A DNA stretch of 64,000 nucleotides from NCBI GenBank assembly GCA_027492205.1, contig JAOZFN010000005.1, positions 32,001 to 96,000 of the forward strand, read 5' to 3'. The notes beneath the pieces were generated by a model. It was given only the letters and a program-made list of their open reading frames with translations. It had not been told where the DNA came from and did not search any database. Both the position numbers and the translations under genes were made by a program. Origin of the DNA: Thermoproteota archaeon (lineage in GTDB: Archaea; Korarchaeota; Korarchaeia; Korarchaeales; Korarchaeaceae). Of this stretch, positions 1 to 7,732 are shown piece by piece; the first letter of the stretch is position 1, and every line of letters starts with the position of its first letter.

Positions 1-65
1 TCACCAACCCACGATCCAACGTGGACAGGTAAGAGATATATTCGGGGAGCATCTCTCAGGATCGA

Positions 66-158
66 GCGGCCGTGGTCTAGCCTGGACCAGGATGGGGGCC
101 CTCCAAGCCTCCGCGAGGCAAGCCCCAGACCCGGGTTCAAATCCCGGCGGCCGCACCA
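66..158 (+). tRNA. tRNA-Gly(TCC) with 15-nt intron at canonical 37/38 (intron 106..120); C at position 33; CCA encoded
   Basis: Acceptor stem GCGGCCG/CGGCCGC with A73-CCA (archaeal Gly type); T-loop GTTCAAATC; anticodon stem GGGGC/GCCCC; perfect bulge-helix-bulge (CCTC 100-103 pairs GAGG 115-118, two CAA bulges). Confidence 0.9.
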
Positions 159-225
159 CGCCCTCTTCAGCTGGGGGAGATACACCTGAAACCATTAATC
201 CGATAACTCTGCGGGAATTCCCGCC

Positions 226-558
226 ATGTCAGATTTCACCGAGGAGGTCATGAGAGCCAGGGAGCGGCTTAGGGCCGCCGCGAAGGAGGTTGCCCGGGCC
301 AACGGGATAACTCAGGAGAAGGCGCTTGAACTCGTCGCTGACCTCGCTCTAGCGTTTGTGGATGGCGTGACAAAGTCCTCCAGATTCGCCGGCTTGAGCG
401 AGGAGTGGATGAGGATCGCGGCCTCTGCCAAGAGACCACCAAACTGCAGAGCCCCTTGCGCATTCTCTGAGAGTCTAGAGCACGTTCTCAGAGTTCGCTA
501 CAAGTTCATGGACATGCACTACCTCTTGGCCGTGAGGGGAAGATCAGGGGGGACGTGA
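226..558 (+). CDS. hypothetical protein (110 aa) between two tRNA genes
   Basis: ATG ORF filling the gap between tRNAs; AT-rich ATTAAT about 30 nt upstream; helical-looking sequence, CxxxC and His near the C-terminus. Confidence 0.6.
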   Translation: MSDFTEEVMRARERLRAAAKEVARANGITQEKALELVADLALAFVDGVTKSSRFAGLSEEWMRIAASAKRPPNCRAPCAFSESLEHVLRVRYKFMDMHYLLAVRGRSGGT

Positions 559-574
559 GGACGCCCTGCGAAGC

Positions 575-582
575 TTTAAATA
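575..582 (+). promoter_or_regulatory. TATA box of tRNA-Thr
   Basis: TTTAAATA preceded by a purine-rich BRE-like GAAGC, about 26 nt upstream of the tRNA. Confidence 0.65.
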
Positions 583-607
583 TCCTGATGGCCGATCCAA
601 AACCGGC

Positions 608-681
608 GCCCCGGTAGCTCAGCCCGGCGGAGCACCGCCTTGGTAAGGCGGGGGTCGCGGGTTCGAATCCCGCCCGGGGCT
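608..681 (+). tRNA. tRNA-Thr(GGT), CCA not encoded
   Basis: GCCCCGG/CCGGGGC acceptor, U73; anticodon arm CCGCC-TT-GGT-AA-GGCGG; GTTCGAATC T-loop. Confidence 0.95.
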
Positions 682-758
682 TCATGCTCCCAATTTTCGG
701 GCCTCCTATCAGCGTTTTAATACTCCTCGGGCTGGTCCTCTGGAGGCGATAAAAGACG

Positions 759-1367
759 GTGTTAGCCACGGCACTTGGACTAAAGTTCAAGAACGGCGTT
801 GTGCTTGCGGCCGATAGGAGGGTCTCCTACGGGACTTTCGTGCTGAGTAGGGCAGCCCGAAAGGTCTTCCCAGTGAACGATCGCGTAGGTGTGGCGTTTT
901 CCGGGATCCCAGCAGACATGCAGGAACTCTACGATTCGCTCGTCTATAACGTGAGGATCTACGAGATGGACGAGGGGAGGAAGGCGACCCCCTCCAACGT
1001 GGCCCGCCTGCTCTCAATCTTGCTCTACAGCGGGAGATTCACGCGATTCTTCTTGGCCGAGGTGGTGGTTGGAGGCCTATCTCCCGAGGGACCAAAGATA
1101 ATCGCGGTGGACGCGGCCGGAGGAATGCTCGAAGATGACTTCGCGGCAGAGGGAACAGGGGCCCAACTCGCAACCGGGATCCTTGAGAGGGAGTTCAGGA
1201 AAGACATGTCAGAGTCTGAAGCCGTCGAGCTGGCCAAGAGAGCCATGATTGCGGCCATTGAGAGGGACGCCATGTCTGGCGACGGAATAGACATCCTCGT
1301 AGTGACTGAGGAGGGAATTAAGGAGGAGTTCGTCCCACTAAGGGCGTCTTGGAAACCTCAGCCGTAA
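759..1367 (+). CDS. psmB: 20S proteasome beta subunit (no propeptide, Thr1 position is Ala; probably the non-catalytic beta)
   Basis: GVVLAADRR, K33-equivalent in RKVFPV, SG..AD, EGTG and ERDAMSGDG motifs of the Ntn-hydrolase beta subunit. Confidence 0.92.
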   Translation: MLATALGLKFKNGVVLAADRRVSYGTFVLSRAARKVFPVNDRVGVAFSGIPADMQELYDSLVYNVRIYEMDEGRKATPSNVARLLSILLYSGRFTRFFLAEVVVGGLSPEGPKIIAVDAAGGMLEDDFAAEGTGAQLATGILEREFRKDMSESEAVELAKRAMIAAIERDAMSGDGIDILVVTEEGIKEEFVPLRASWKPQP

Positions 1368-1398
1368 TTCCAACTTATTTATCCAATCTTGCCGCAAG

Positions 1399-2574
1399 GT
1401 GTGGGGGATGAGTCCCAGCCCGAGGGTAGATCCCGAATCTCTCAAGAGGACTCTGCTGGACCTCGTGTCCATAAAGAGCTACAGCGGGGACGAGGGTCAG
1501 ATAGCCGACTACCTAATCGACAGACTCTCGTCGGTGGCCGATCGAGTCGAGAACCAGCCCGTCTCCGACTGCGGTGGAAACGTGATTGCCCACTTCGGAG
1601 ACACCTCCAAGGACAAGATAATCCTCCTCTCTCACATGGATACAACGGAGGTCTTCGCGGGCTGGACCAGGAGTCCCTGGGGAGAGGTTGAGGACAATAG
1701 GGTTTACGGGCTGGGATCCCTTGACGCCAAGTCCTCCCTGGCCGCTATGATAGAGGCCACCCTCGTGGCGGTGAACGCGCTCGGGGGCACATCCACCCTT
1801 GAGAGGGGTGTGATGCTGGTAGCCGTGTGCGATGAGGAGGGATACAGCCGGGGCACTTATGAGTTTGTAAAGAGCGGAAAGGCCAACGGCTCAGTAGGCG
1901 CTGTGGTGGGTTCTCCGACCTCGTTGAGGATTGGACGTGGGGCCTACGGCCGACTGGTCTTCGACGTTGAGGTTAGGGGGAGGGCCTCGACCGATGTTGA
2001 GCAGGAGGGCGTCAACGCGATTGTTGAGGCGGCGAGGCTAGTCCTGTGGGCCGTCGACTATCCCAAACAGAAGTCTTCGGGTGGAGGATCCGTCGCGCCG
2101 CTCAGCATCAAGTCGAAGGAGACGATCATTGTCCACCCCGACCTCTGCATGTTGAGGCTGGACAGACACTACCCACCTGGCGAAGAGGAGGCGTCGGCCA
2201 AGAGGAAATTCCTCTCTTACCTGAAGCGTGTTAAGGGGCTCCGGGCAGAGGTGAAGGTGTCTCCAATCAAGAGGCCCACCCCCTTCCTGACCCCCTTCGA
2301 GCTCCCCAGCGATCATCCCTTCCTGGCGGCCTTCTCAGAGGCCTACAAGGAGGCCCTACCCGGCAGGGGCGTGGAGACCGTGATCGTACCAACTGTCAGC
2401 GACGCCAGCTACCTCCACAACCTGGCGCAGATCCCCGCGGTAATTTTCGGGCCGTCCGGGGGGAATAGGCACTCTCCCGATGAGTACGTCGACCTGGACT
2501 CGGCCGTCGACATGGCAAACGTGCTAGCCCACCTGATAATCTCACTCCAACGGGGAGAGATCCCTCAGGGCTGA
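1399..2574 (+). CDS. M20/M25/M40 family metallo-hydrolase (ArgE/DapE/LysK-like), divergent
   Basis: HMDT, GLGSLDAK, DEE, SDA, GPS.G..HSPDEY motifs. Confidence 0.85.
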   Translation: MWGMSPSPRVDPESLKRTLLDLVSIKSYSGDEGQIADYLIDRLSSVADRVENQPVSDCGGNVIAHFGDTSKDKIILLSHMDTTEVFAGWTRSPWGEVEDNRVYGLGSLDAKSSLAAMIEATLVAVNALGGTSTLERGVMLVAVCDEEGYSRGTYEFVKSGKANGSVGAVVGSPTSLRIGRGAYGRLVFDVEVRGRASTDVEQEGVNAIVEAARLVLWAVDYPKQKSSGGGSVAPLSIKSKETIIVHPDLCMLRLDRHYPPGEEEASAKRKFLSYLKRVKGLRAEVKVSPIKRPTPFLTPFELPSDHPFLAAFSEAYKEALPGRGVETVIVPTVSDASYLHNLAQIPAVIFGPSGGNRHSPDEYVDLDSAVDMANVLAHLIISLQRGEIPQG

Positions 2575-2595
2575 TGGTGGGGCGAAGCCCGAGCG

Positions 2596-3759
2596 GTGAG
2601 ACAGATGAGTTTTCTGGGCATCCTCCTGTCCTACGCGATAGCGACGTCGGCGACCTCCATTTTGGCCAGGAAGTTGGGCATAGAGTGGCTTGAAGGCGGG
2701 CCCCTCTACCTCCAGATCAACTCCTCAGGTAGAATGAAGGAGATCCTGCTGAAACCAGCAAAGGTCCTCAGGAGGGCCTTCACAGTAGTTGGGGATCTCT
2801 CCACAGCTCTGGCCATTCCCCTCGGCTTGGTCACCGCTGCCTGGCTCGCAAGGATCACATGGAACTTGATCTCCTCTGGCTGGCAGGCTCCTCCTTCGGT
2901 ACTCCCTCCCATACCGGGTTTCACGCTCTCTCTCAGCTGGGGTGTTGTACTGGCTCTCTTTCTCACGCTGCTGGCCCACGAGCTGGGGCACGCCTACGCA
3001 GCGGTGGGAGAAGGACTCCAGATCAGGAAGATTGGCTTCTTCATCCTTCTCCTGATACCAGGCGCTTTCGTTGAGCTTGACGAGAGAGAACTTCTCTCAC
3101 TCTCACCGCGAAGATCCGCGAGGGTCCTGTCGAGTGGCATAGGGGCGAACGTGATCCTCGCCATTCTACTTCTGGCGGTGGGCCTAGGCACGCTTCAGGG
3201 CTTTCCAAGAACACCCTCTGGAATCTACGTGGAGCGAGTGGTCCCAGACAGTCCCTCTTGGGGGGTAATTCAGCCCGGTACCGTAATCTACGCCATGAAC
3301 TCCACACCCACCCCGACGATAGACGCGCTCTCCTCTTTCCTCAGGGGGGCAAAGCCGGGAGACCTGGTGATCTTAGACACCAGCGAAGGACCGCTGTCCC
3401 TGAGGCTTGGGTCTAGGCCGGATAACCAGTCGGCGCCATGGATGGGCGTGTTACTTTCTCCACTGGGGTACTACGCACCGAGAATCTCCATCCTCCCTAC
3501 ATCCTGGGCCTTCGAGCTCTCTAAGGACATCCTGCTGGCGATCCTGTTCAACCTGAGCGCCGCGGCAATCAACGCCATGCCCGCCCTCCCACTGGATGTG
3601 GGCAAGGTCCTGGCGATTCGCCTGGGGGTCGAGCTCACCGGCGAACGGAACCTCACTGACACCTTAGAGGGGAGGGTCGTGCTCGCGGTGTCTGCACTAA
3701 TATGGATCCTCTTGGCGGTAAATCTGGGCTACTCGGTGATTAGGTTTGTCGTCTCGTGA
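2596..3759 (+). CDS. site-2 (M50) intramembrane zinc metalloprotease with PDZ domain
   Basis: HELGH, PGAFVE, NAMPALPLDVG (NxxPxxxLDG), multiple TM segments, central PDZ-like region. Confidence 0.92.
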   Translation: MRQMSFLGILLSYAIATSATSILARKLGIEWLEGGPLYLQINSSGRMKEILLKPAKVLRRAFTVVGDLSTALAIPLGLVTAAWLARITWNLISSGWQAPPSVLPPIPGFTLSLSWGVVLALFLTLLAHELGHAYAAVGEGLQIRKIGFFILLLIPGAFVELDERELLSLSPRRSARVLSSGIGANVILAILLLAVGLGTLQGFPRTPSGIYVERVVPDSPSWGVIQPGTVIYAMNSTPTPTIDALSSFLRGAKPGDLVILDTSEGPLSLRLGSRPDNQSAPWMGVLLSPLGYYAPRISILPTSWAFELSKDILLAILFNLSAAAINAMPALPLDVGKVLAIRLGVELTGERNLTDTLEGRVVLAVSALIWILLAVNLGYSVIRFVVS

Positions 3760-4810
3760 AGAGCGGGTGGGGAATCCATTCTTCGGGGTGGCCCCGCCGC
3801 CTAAACCAGCCAGCCTCATTGATCGAGCGTTTAAGGCCGCCTTCTCCCCGAAGTCCCTCGGCAAGATACCCGACCCCGTTATGAGAGCCAGGGCCAGGGA
3901 GCGGGCCCGGATAGTGGCTTTCAGGGACGTAGTCTGGAACACGCTCCGTTCATCCGTGAGGTCATTCCCCCCTCTGAACTCGGTCCACCCCTTCTATAGG
4001 GAGCTGGCAGACGTGGTTTTCGGCGTCGACCGGCTCCGCCACTGCCTTGGGGCCCTAGAGTGGGCAGCCAAGGTGACGAGAAGGGTCGCCGCGGCCGAGG
4101 TGCGCAATCTCTACCGGGCAGAGGATTTCCCACGGCTCGAGTCTGTGAGGAAGAGGGCCATGGCGAGGATGGTCTCGATCGTCAGAAGGGTGTCCGAGGA
4201 GATAGAGTGCGTCAGGGAGGCCGCCGCTAGGCTCAGGAAACTTCCCTCCATAGATCCTCAGACGCCCACAGTGGTCATCGCCGGCCCCCCCAACACCGGA
4301 AAAAGCACGTTGGTGAGGAGAATCTCCACGGGCAGCCCTGAGGTGGCGGAGTACCCCTTCACAACGAAGGGGATCCTGCTCGGCCACGCCTCGCTCAGGG
4401 GGGTGGGCCGCGTCCAGGTGATGGACACACCCGGACTTCTGGACAGGCCGCTCCACGAGAGGAATGAGATTGAGCTCCAGGCTATTGTGGCCCTTAAATG
4501 GCTGGCCGACGTGATCCTCTTCGTGTCGGATCCCTCAGAGACCTGCGGCTATAGGATCGAACAGCAGATCGGTCTCTTGAGGGAGATAGCCTCTCAGTTC
4601 GGCGAATCGCCGATAATAGTCGTCTTCAACAAGGCCGATCTTGGAGGCCTATTTGAGAGGGGGGCGAGAGAGTTCACCAACGCGTGCCGAGACCCCGGAT
4701 ATCCCTACCTAAGGGTGTCTGCCGAGAGGGGTGAGGGGATCGAGGAGCTTCTCGAGGTGGTCAGGAGGGAACTCCAAGGTGGAAGAAGGAGAACTGGTGA
4801 TTCTCCTTAG
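3746..4810 (+). CDS. NOG1-family nucleolar GTP-binding protein (ribosome biogenesis)
   Basis: HPFYREL N-domain, GPPNTGKS, YPFTT, DTPGLLDRP...RNEIE, NKAD. Confidence 0.92.
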   Translation: MSSREERVGNPFFGVAPPPKPASLIDRAFKAAFSPKSLGKIPDPVMRARARERARIVAFRDVVWNTLRSSVRSFPPLNSVHPFYRELADVVFGVDRLRHCLGALEWAAKVTRRVAAAEVRNLYRAEDFPRLESVRKRAMARMVSIVRRVSEEIECVREAAARLRKLPSIDPQTPTVVIAGPPNTGKSTLVRRISTGSPEVAEYPFTTKGILLGHASLRGVGRVQVMDTPGLLDRPLHERNEIELQAIVALKWLADVILFVSDPSETCGYRIEQQIGLLREIASQFGESPIIVVFNKADLGGLFERGAREFTNACRDPGYPYLRVSAERGEGIEELLEVVRRELQGGRRRTGDSP

Positions 4811-5819
4811 CGGGGAGCATCCAACTCTCCCTCTGCTCGAACTCCGCGGGGTAGTGGAGGCCGAGCGCGTCGCGGAGGAGCCGCATCTCCTGTCCCCCCA
4901 GGTTGCCCAGTTCTCCGCGCTAGACCCGTTAAAAGCGGCGATGACAGTGTCTAGGAGGGCCTCGTTCGCAAGATCCGTATCCGCCTACCTGGGCTCAGCA
5001 CGGGGATCCCTGAGACTCGTTAACGAACTCCTCGACAGAATCGATTGGTCAGGCCTAAAGGGCCCCTTTGCGGTCCGTGCAATACGCGTTCAGGGCGCCC
5101 TCAGGCAACTCAGTAGGAAAGAGATCTCCGAGCGGGTTGCGGCGTCCATCCTGAGGGCTAACTCTTCCCTCGAGGTGGATCTGGAGGCTCCAAGGACCGT
5201 CATTCTAGCCATTCTGAGCGGGAATCTCATTCACTTGGGAATCCTGTTGGCCGAGGTGGACCGATCAGCGTTCCGCGAGAGGGACGTGTCCAGGAGACCC
5301 TTCAAGCACCCAGCCTCCATGAATCCGAGGCTTGCTAGGGCGATGGTGAACCTGGCAAGGGTCAGAAGGGGAGACGTGGTGTTAGATCCATTCGTTGGCG
5401 CCGGTGGGATCGCTCTTGAGGTGTTATCGGTTGGGGGACGCCTGCTGGGATGCGACGTTGACCGGAGGATGGTGGCAGGGACCGAGCTAAACCTCCGGCA
5501 CTACGGCTACGCTGAGGGCTACCATCTATGGGTCTGCGACGCTACCTCCCTTCGACTTGACCGTCAGGTGGATGCCGTAGTAACCGATCCCCCCTACGGC
5601 CGCTCCACGCCGCTGACAGACCATCCCCTCCGGACGTTCTCGGCCTTAGTGTCTAGGGTGACAGATTTCCTCCGACTGGGCGGCCGGCTCGTCGCCGCTT
5701 ATCCGGCGGAGGCCCACCCCGACGAGGTGATCGCGTCGTACCTAGAGGTCGAGGAGGCGGTGGATTACAGGGAGCACAAAAGCCTAACAAGGAGGATAGT
5801 CGTGGCGAGGTCAAGGTGA
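4797..5819 (+). CDS. trmG10: tRNA (guanine(10)-N2)-dimethyltransferase, THUMP + MTase (ORF opens at 4731; likely start GTG 4797)
   Basis: LSGEHPTLP N-terminus, RPFKHPASM.PRLARAMVNL, LDPFVGAGG, DPPYG. Confidence 0.88.
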   Translation: MILLSGEHPTLPLLELRGVVEAERVAEEPHLLSPQVAQFSALDPLKAAMTVSRRASFARSVSAYLGSARGSLRLVNELLDRIDWSGLKGPFAVRAIRVQGALRQLSRKEISERVAASILRANSSLEVDLEAPRTVILAILSGNLIHLGILLAEVDRSAFRERDVSRRPFKHPASMNPRLARAMVNLARVRRGDVVLDPFVGAGGIALEVLSVGGRLLGCDVDRRMVAGTELNLRHYGYAEGYHLWVCDATSLRLDRQVDAVVTDPPYGRSTPLTDHPLRTFSALVSRVTDFLRLGGRLVAAYPAEAHPDEVIASYLEVEEAVDYREHKSLTRRIVVARSR

Positions 5820-5825
5820 CCGCCC

Positions 5826-6731
5826 TTGAAAGTGACCTTCCTAGGGACCAGCAGCGCCGTGCCCACCAAGGACAGATCCCTGACGTCCATAGCCCTAGTC
5901 ATGGACGGAGAGTACCTCCTCATCGACGCCGGGGAGGGCACCCAGAGGAGGATCATCGAGGCTGGCCTGGGGTTCGGTCGCCTCAATAGGATTTTCATCA
6001 CCCATCTCCACGGGGACCACTTCTTAGGGCTCTTTCCGCTCCTCCAGACGATGGGGATATTGCGTAGGACCAGGCCCTTGGAGGTCTTCTCTCCACCGGG
6101 GCTTGGCGCGCTGATCGACAGCCTCGCAAAGCATGCCTCTTTCAGAGTAGATTTCCCCCTCAAGCTCGTCGAGTTTAGCGGAGAGGCCAAGTTCGAATTC
6201 AAGAAGTACACGGTTAAGGTGTTCCCAGTAGAACACGGAGACACGCCGACGTTCGGGGTAAAGGTCGTGGAGAGGCCCAAACCAGGAAAACTAGACGTTG
6301 AACTGGCCGACAGGCTCGGTGTCCCCCCGATCATGCGAGGGCTGCTGAAGAAGGGTATCCCGGTCAGATTGCCCGATGGGAGAGTGGTCCGTCCCGAAGA
6401 GGTGGTCGGCCCCCCTAGGCCCGGCAAGACGGTGGTCTACTCATCCGACACGAGACCCACGGAGGGGGTGATCCAAGAGGCCACCGAGGCCGATTTGCTG
6501 ATCCATGACGCCACATTCACGTCCGATCTTGCCAACAGGGCCGAGGCGACCGGACACAGCACAGTTGAGGAGGCCTGCGAGGTCGCTCTCAAAGCGAGGG
6601 CGGCCAGGCTGGCCCTCACGCACTTTAGCGCCCGATACAAGGAAGAAGACCTCAAGGAGATAGAGGACCGCGCGAGGGCGATCTTCCCAAACGCGTTCGT
6701 GGCCAGGGACCTCATGACGATTGAGCTGTGA
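5826..6731 (+). CDS. rnz: ribonuclease Z
   Basis: FLGTSSAVPT, THLHGDH, exosite with GVPP, HDATF, GHST, HFSARY. Confidence 0.96.
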   Translation: MKVTFLGTSSAVPTKDRSLTSIALVMDGEYLLIDAGEGTQRRIIEAGLGFGRLNRIFITHLHGDHFLGLFPLLQTMGILRRTRPLEVFSPPGLGALIDSLAKHASFRVDFPLKLVEFSGEAKFEFKKYTVKVFPVEHGDTPTFGVKVVERPKPGKLDVELADRLGVPPIMRGLLKKGIPVRLPDGRVVRPEEVVGPPRPGKTVVYSSDTRPTEGVIQEATEADLLIHDATFTSDLANRAEATGHSTVEEACEVALKARAARLALTHFSARYKEEDLKEIEDRARAIFPNAFVARDLMTIEL

Positions 6732-7227
6732 ACGCGCTACCACGAAGGGCGGCCCTGACCTCTGCCTGCGTAGTCTCCCTCACTATCCTCCCTCCCGAGG
6801 TCTTAGGGGCCAACCAGTCAAGGAACAGGGTGACATTACCCTCCATATGCTCGGGAAGGATTATCTCCAAGTGGATAGCCCCAAGCGGGCTCTCTTCCTC
6901 TCCTTCGCACAGCACAATGGAGCCAGAGAGCGCGGCCTGCTTGTGAATCAGCAGCTCCATGACGGCTCCCCGCAGAGATGACCGGAGAAGCATGCGGGCG
7001 GTGTCTAGGATTCTATTTGTCCGGAAAGAGCTGCGCAGCTTATACAGTTTGTCTAGGCCAGAGGTCTCAAATCCCATGAGCCGCGGCCAGCCCTCCCCAA
7101 GCTGATCGGGGAGTTCATCCCCTTCGCTGACGGGAACTACGTTCTTAATCGCCTTCAGTACCTTAGACGGGTTCTCTGTTCTGTTTACCCATGCCGAGAC
7201 GCGTATTCTCACCCTACCCTCACCCAT
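6712..7227 (-). CDS. UPF0201 RNA-binding (ribosomal L5-like) protein
   Basis: TENPSKVLKAI, RILDTAR, HKQAA, ESPLGAI, DWLAPKT..G motifs; likely start ATG 7227. Confidence 0.8.
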   Translation of the reverse strand: MGEGRVRIRVSAWVNRTENPSKVLKAIKNVVPVSEGDELPDQLGEGWPRLMGFETSGLDKLYKLRSSFRTNRILDTARMLLRSSLRGAVMELLIHKQAALSGSIVLCEGEEESPLGAIHLEIILPEHMEGNVTLFLDWLAPKTSGGRIVRETTQAEVRAALRGSAFTAQSS

Positions 7228-7229
7228 AC

Positions 7230-7607
7230 TCACACCTCCAGGGAGAGGCACTCCTCCACCCTCACTGGGAGGCCCAGCCTAAGGTATCCCGCGACAGGCC
7301 AGCGGACGATGGTGGCGCCAAGCTGGCTCAGTTCAGACTCCAGCCTCTCTCTGATTTTCATCCCTTCTGAATCGAAGTCAGTCAGGATCACGTATCTTTT
7401 GCCGCAGACAGCCGGGGAACCCCCCACCCTCATTTCACGCGCTAGCTCGACAACCGTGATGAAGCGACCGCGTACCCCCAGTTTTACGAGAGCCTGAACG
7501 TCTCTCTTGCCTTCGACGACTATCAGAGTCCCCACCCGAACGGACTCCTCCGAGAGCGTCTTGGCCCAGCGCTTTATCCCCTCAACATCGAGCTGCGGCT
7601 TGGTCAT
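7230..7607 (-). CDS. Toprim domain protein (UPF0292-like)
   Basis: IVVEGKRD and LTDFDSEG Toprim motifs. Confidence 0.85.
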   Translation of the reverse strand: MTKPQLDVEGIKRWAKTLSEESVRVGTLIVVEGKRDVQALVKLGVRGRFITVVELAREMRVGGSPAVCGKRYVILTDFDSEGMKIRERLESELSQLGATIVRWPVAGYLRLGLPVRVEECLSLEV

Positions 7608-7732
7608 TAGACATGTTCACCTTCCCTCTTCGTTTCCCAGGTCTTCATCGATCTCGTTCGACAGTATTGGGCACACAGATCCGTCAATAAACGATTATGA
7701 ACGATTAATTAAGTTCTCGGAATGTCGACCCG

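Noticed and set aside
66-158. Reading the first tRNA as tRNA-Trp(CCA)
   Set aside because: Requires a C31-A39 mismatch and breaks the BHB register; the acceptor stem and discriminator are Gly-type
1-195. ORFs overlapping tRNA genes (1..195, 506..790, 50786..51172, 5-prime extension of 51079)
   Set aside because: Translations such as PPGFEPG and GSNPTP are artefacts of tRNA T-arms
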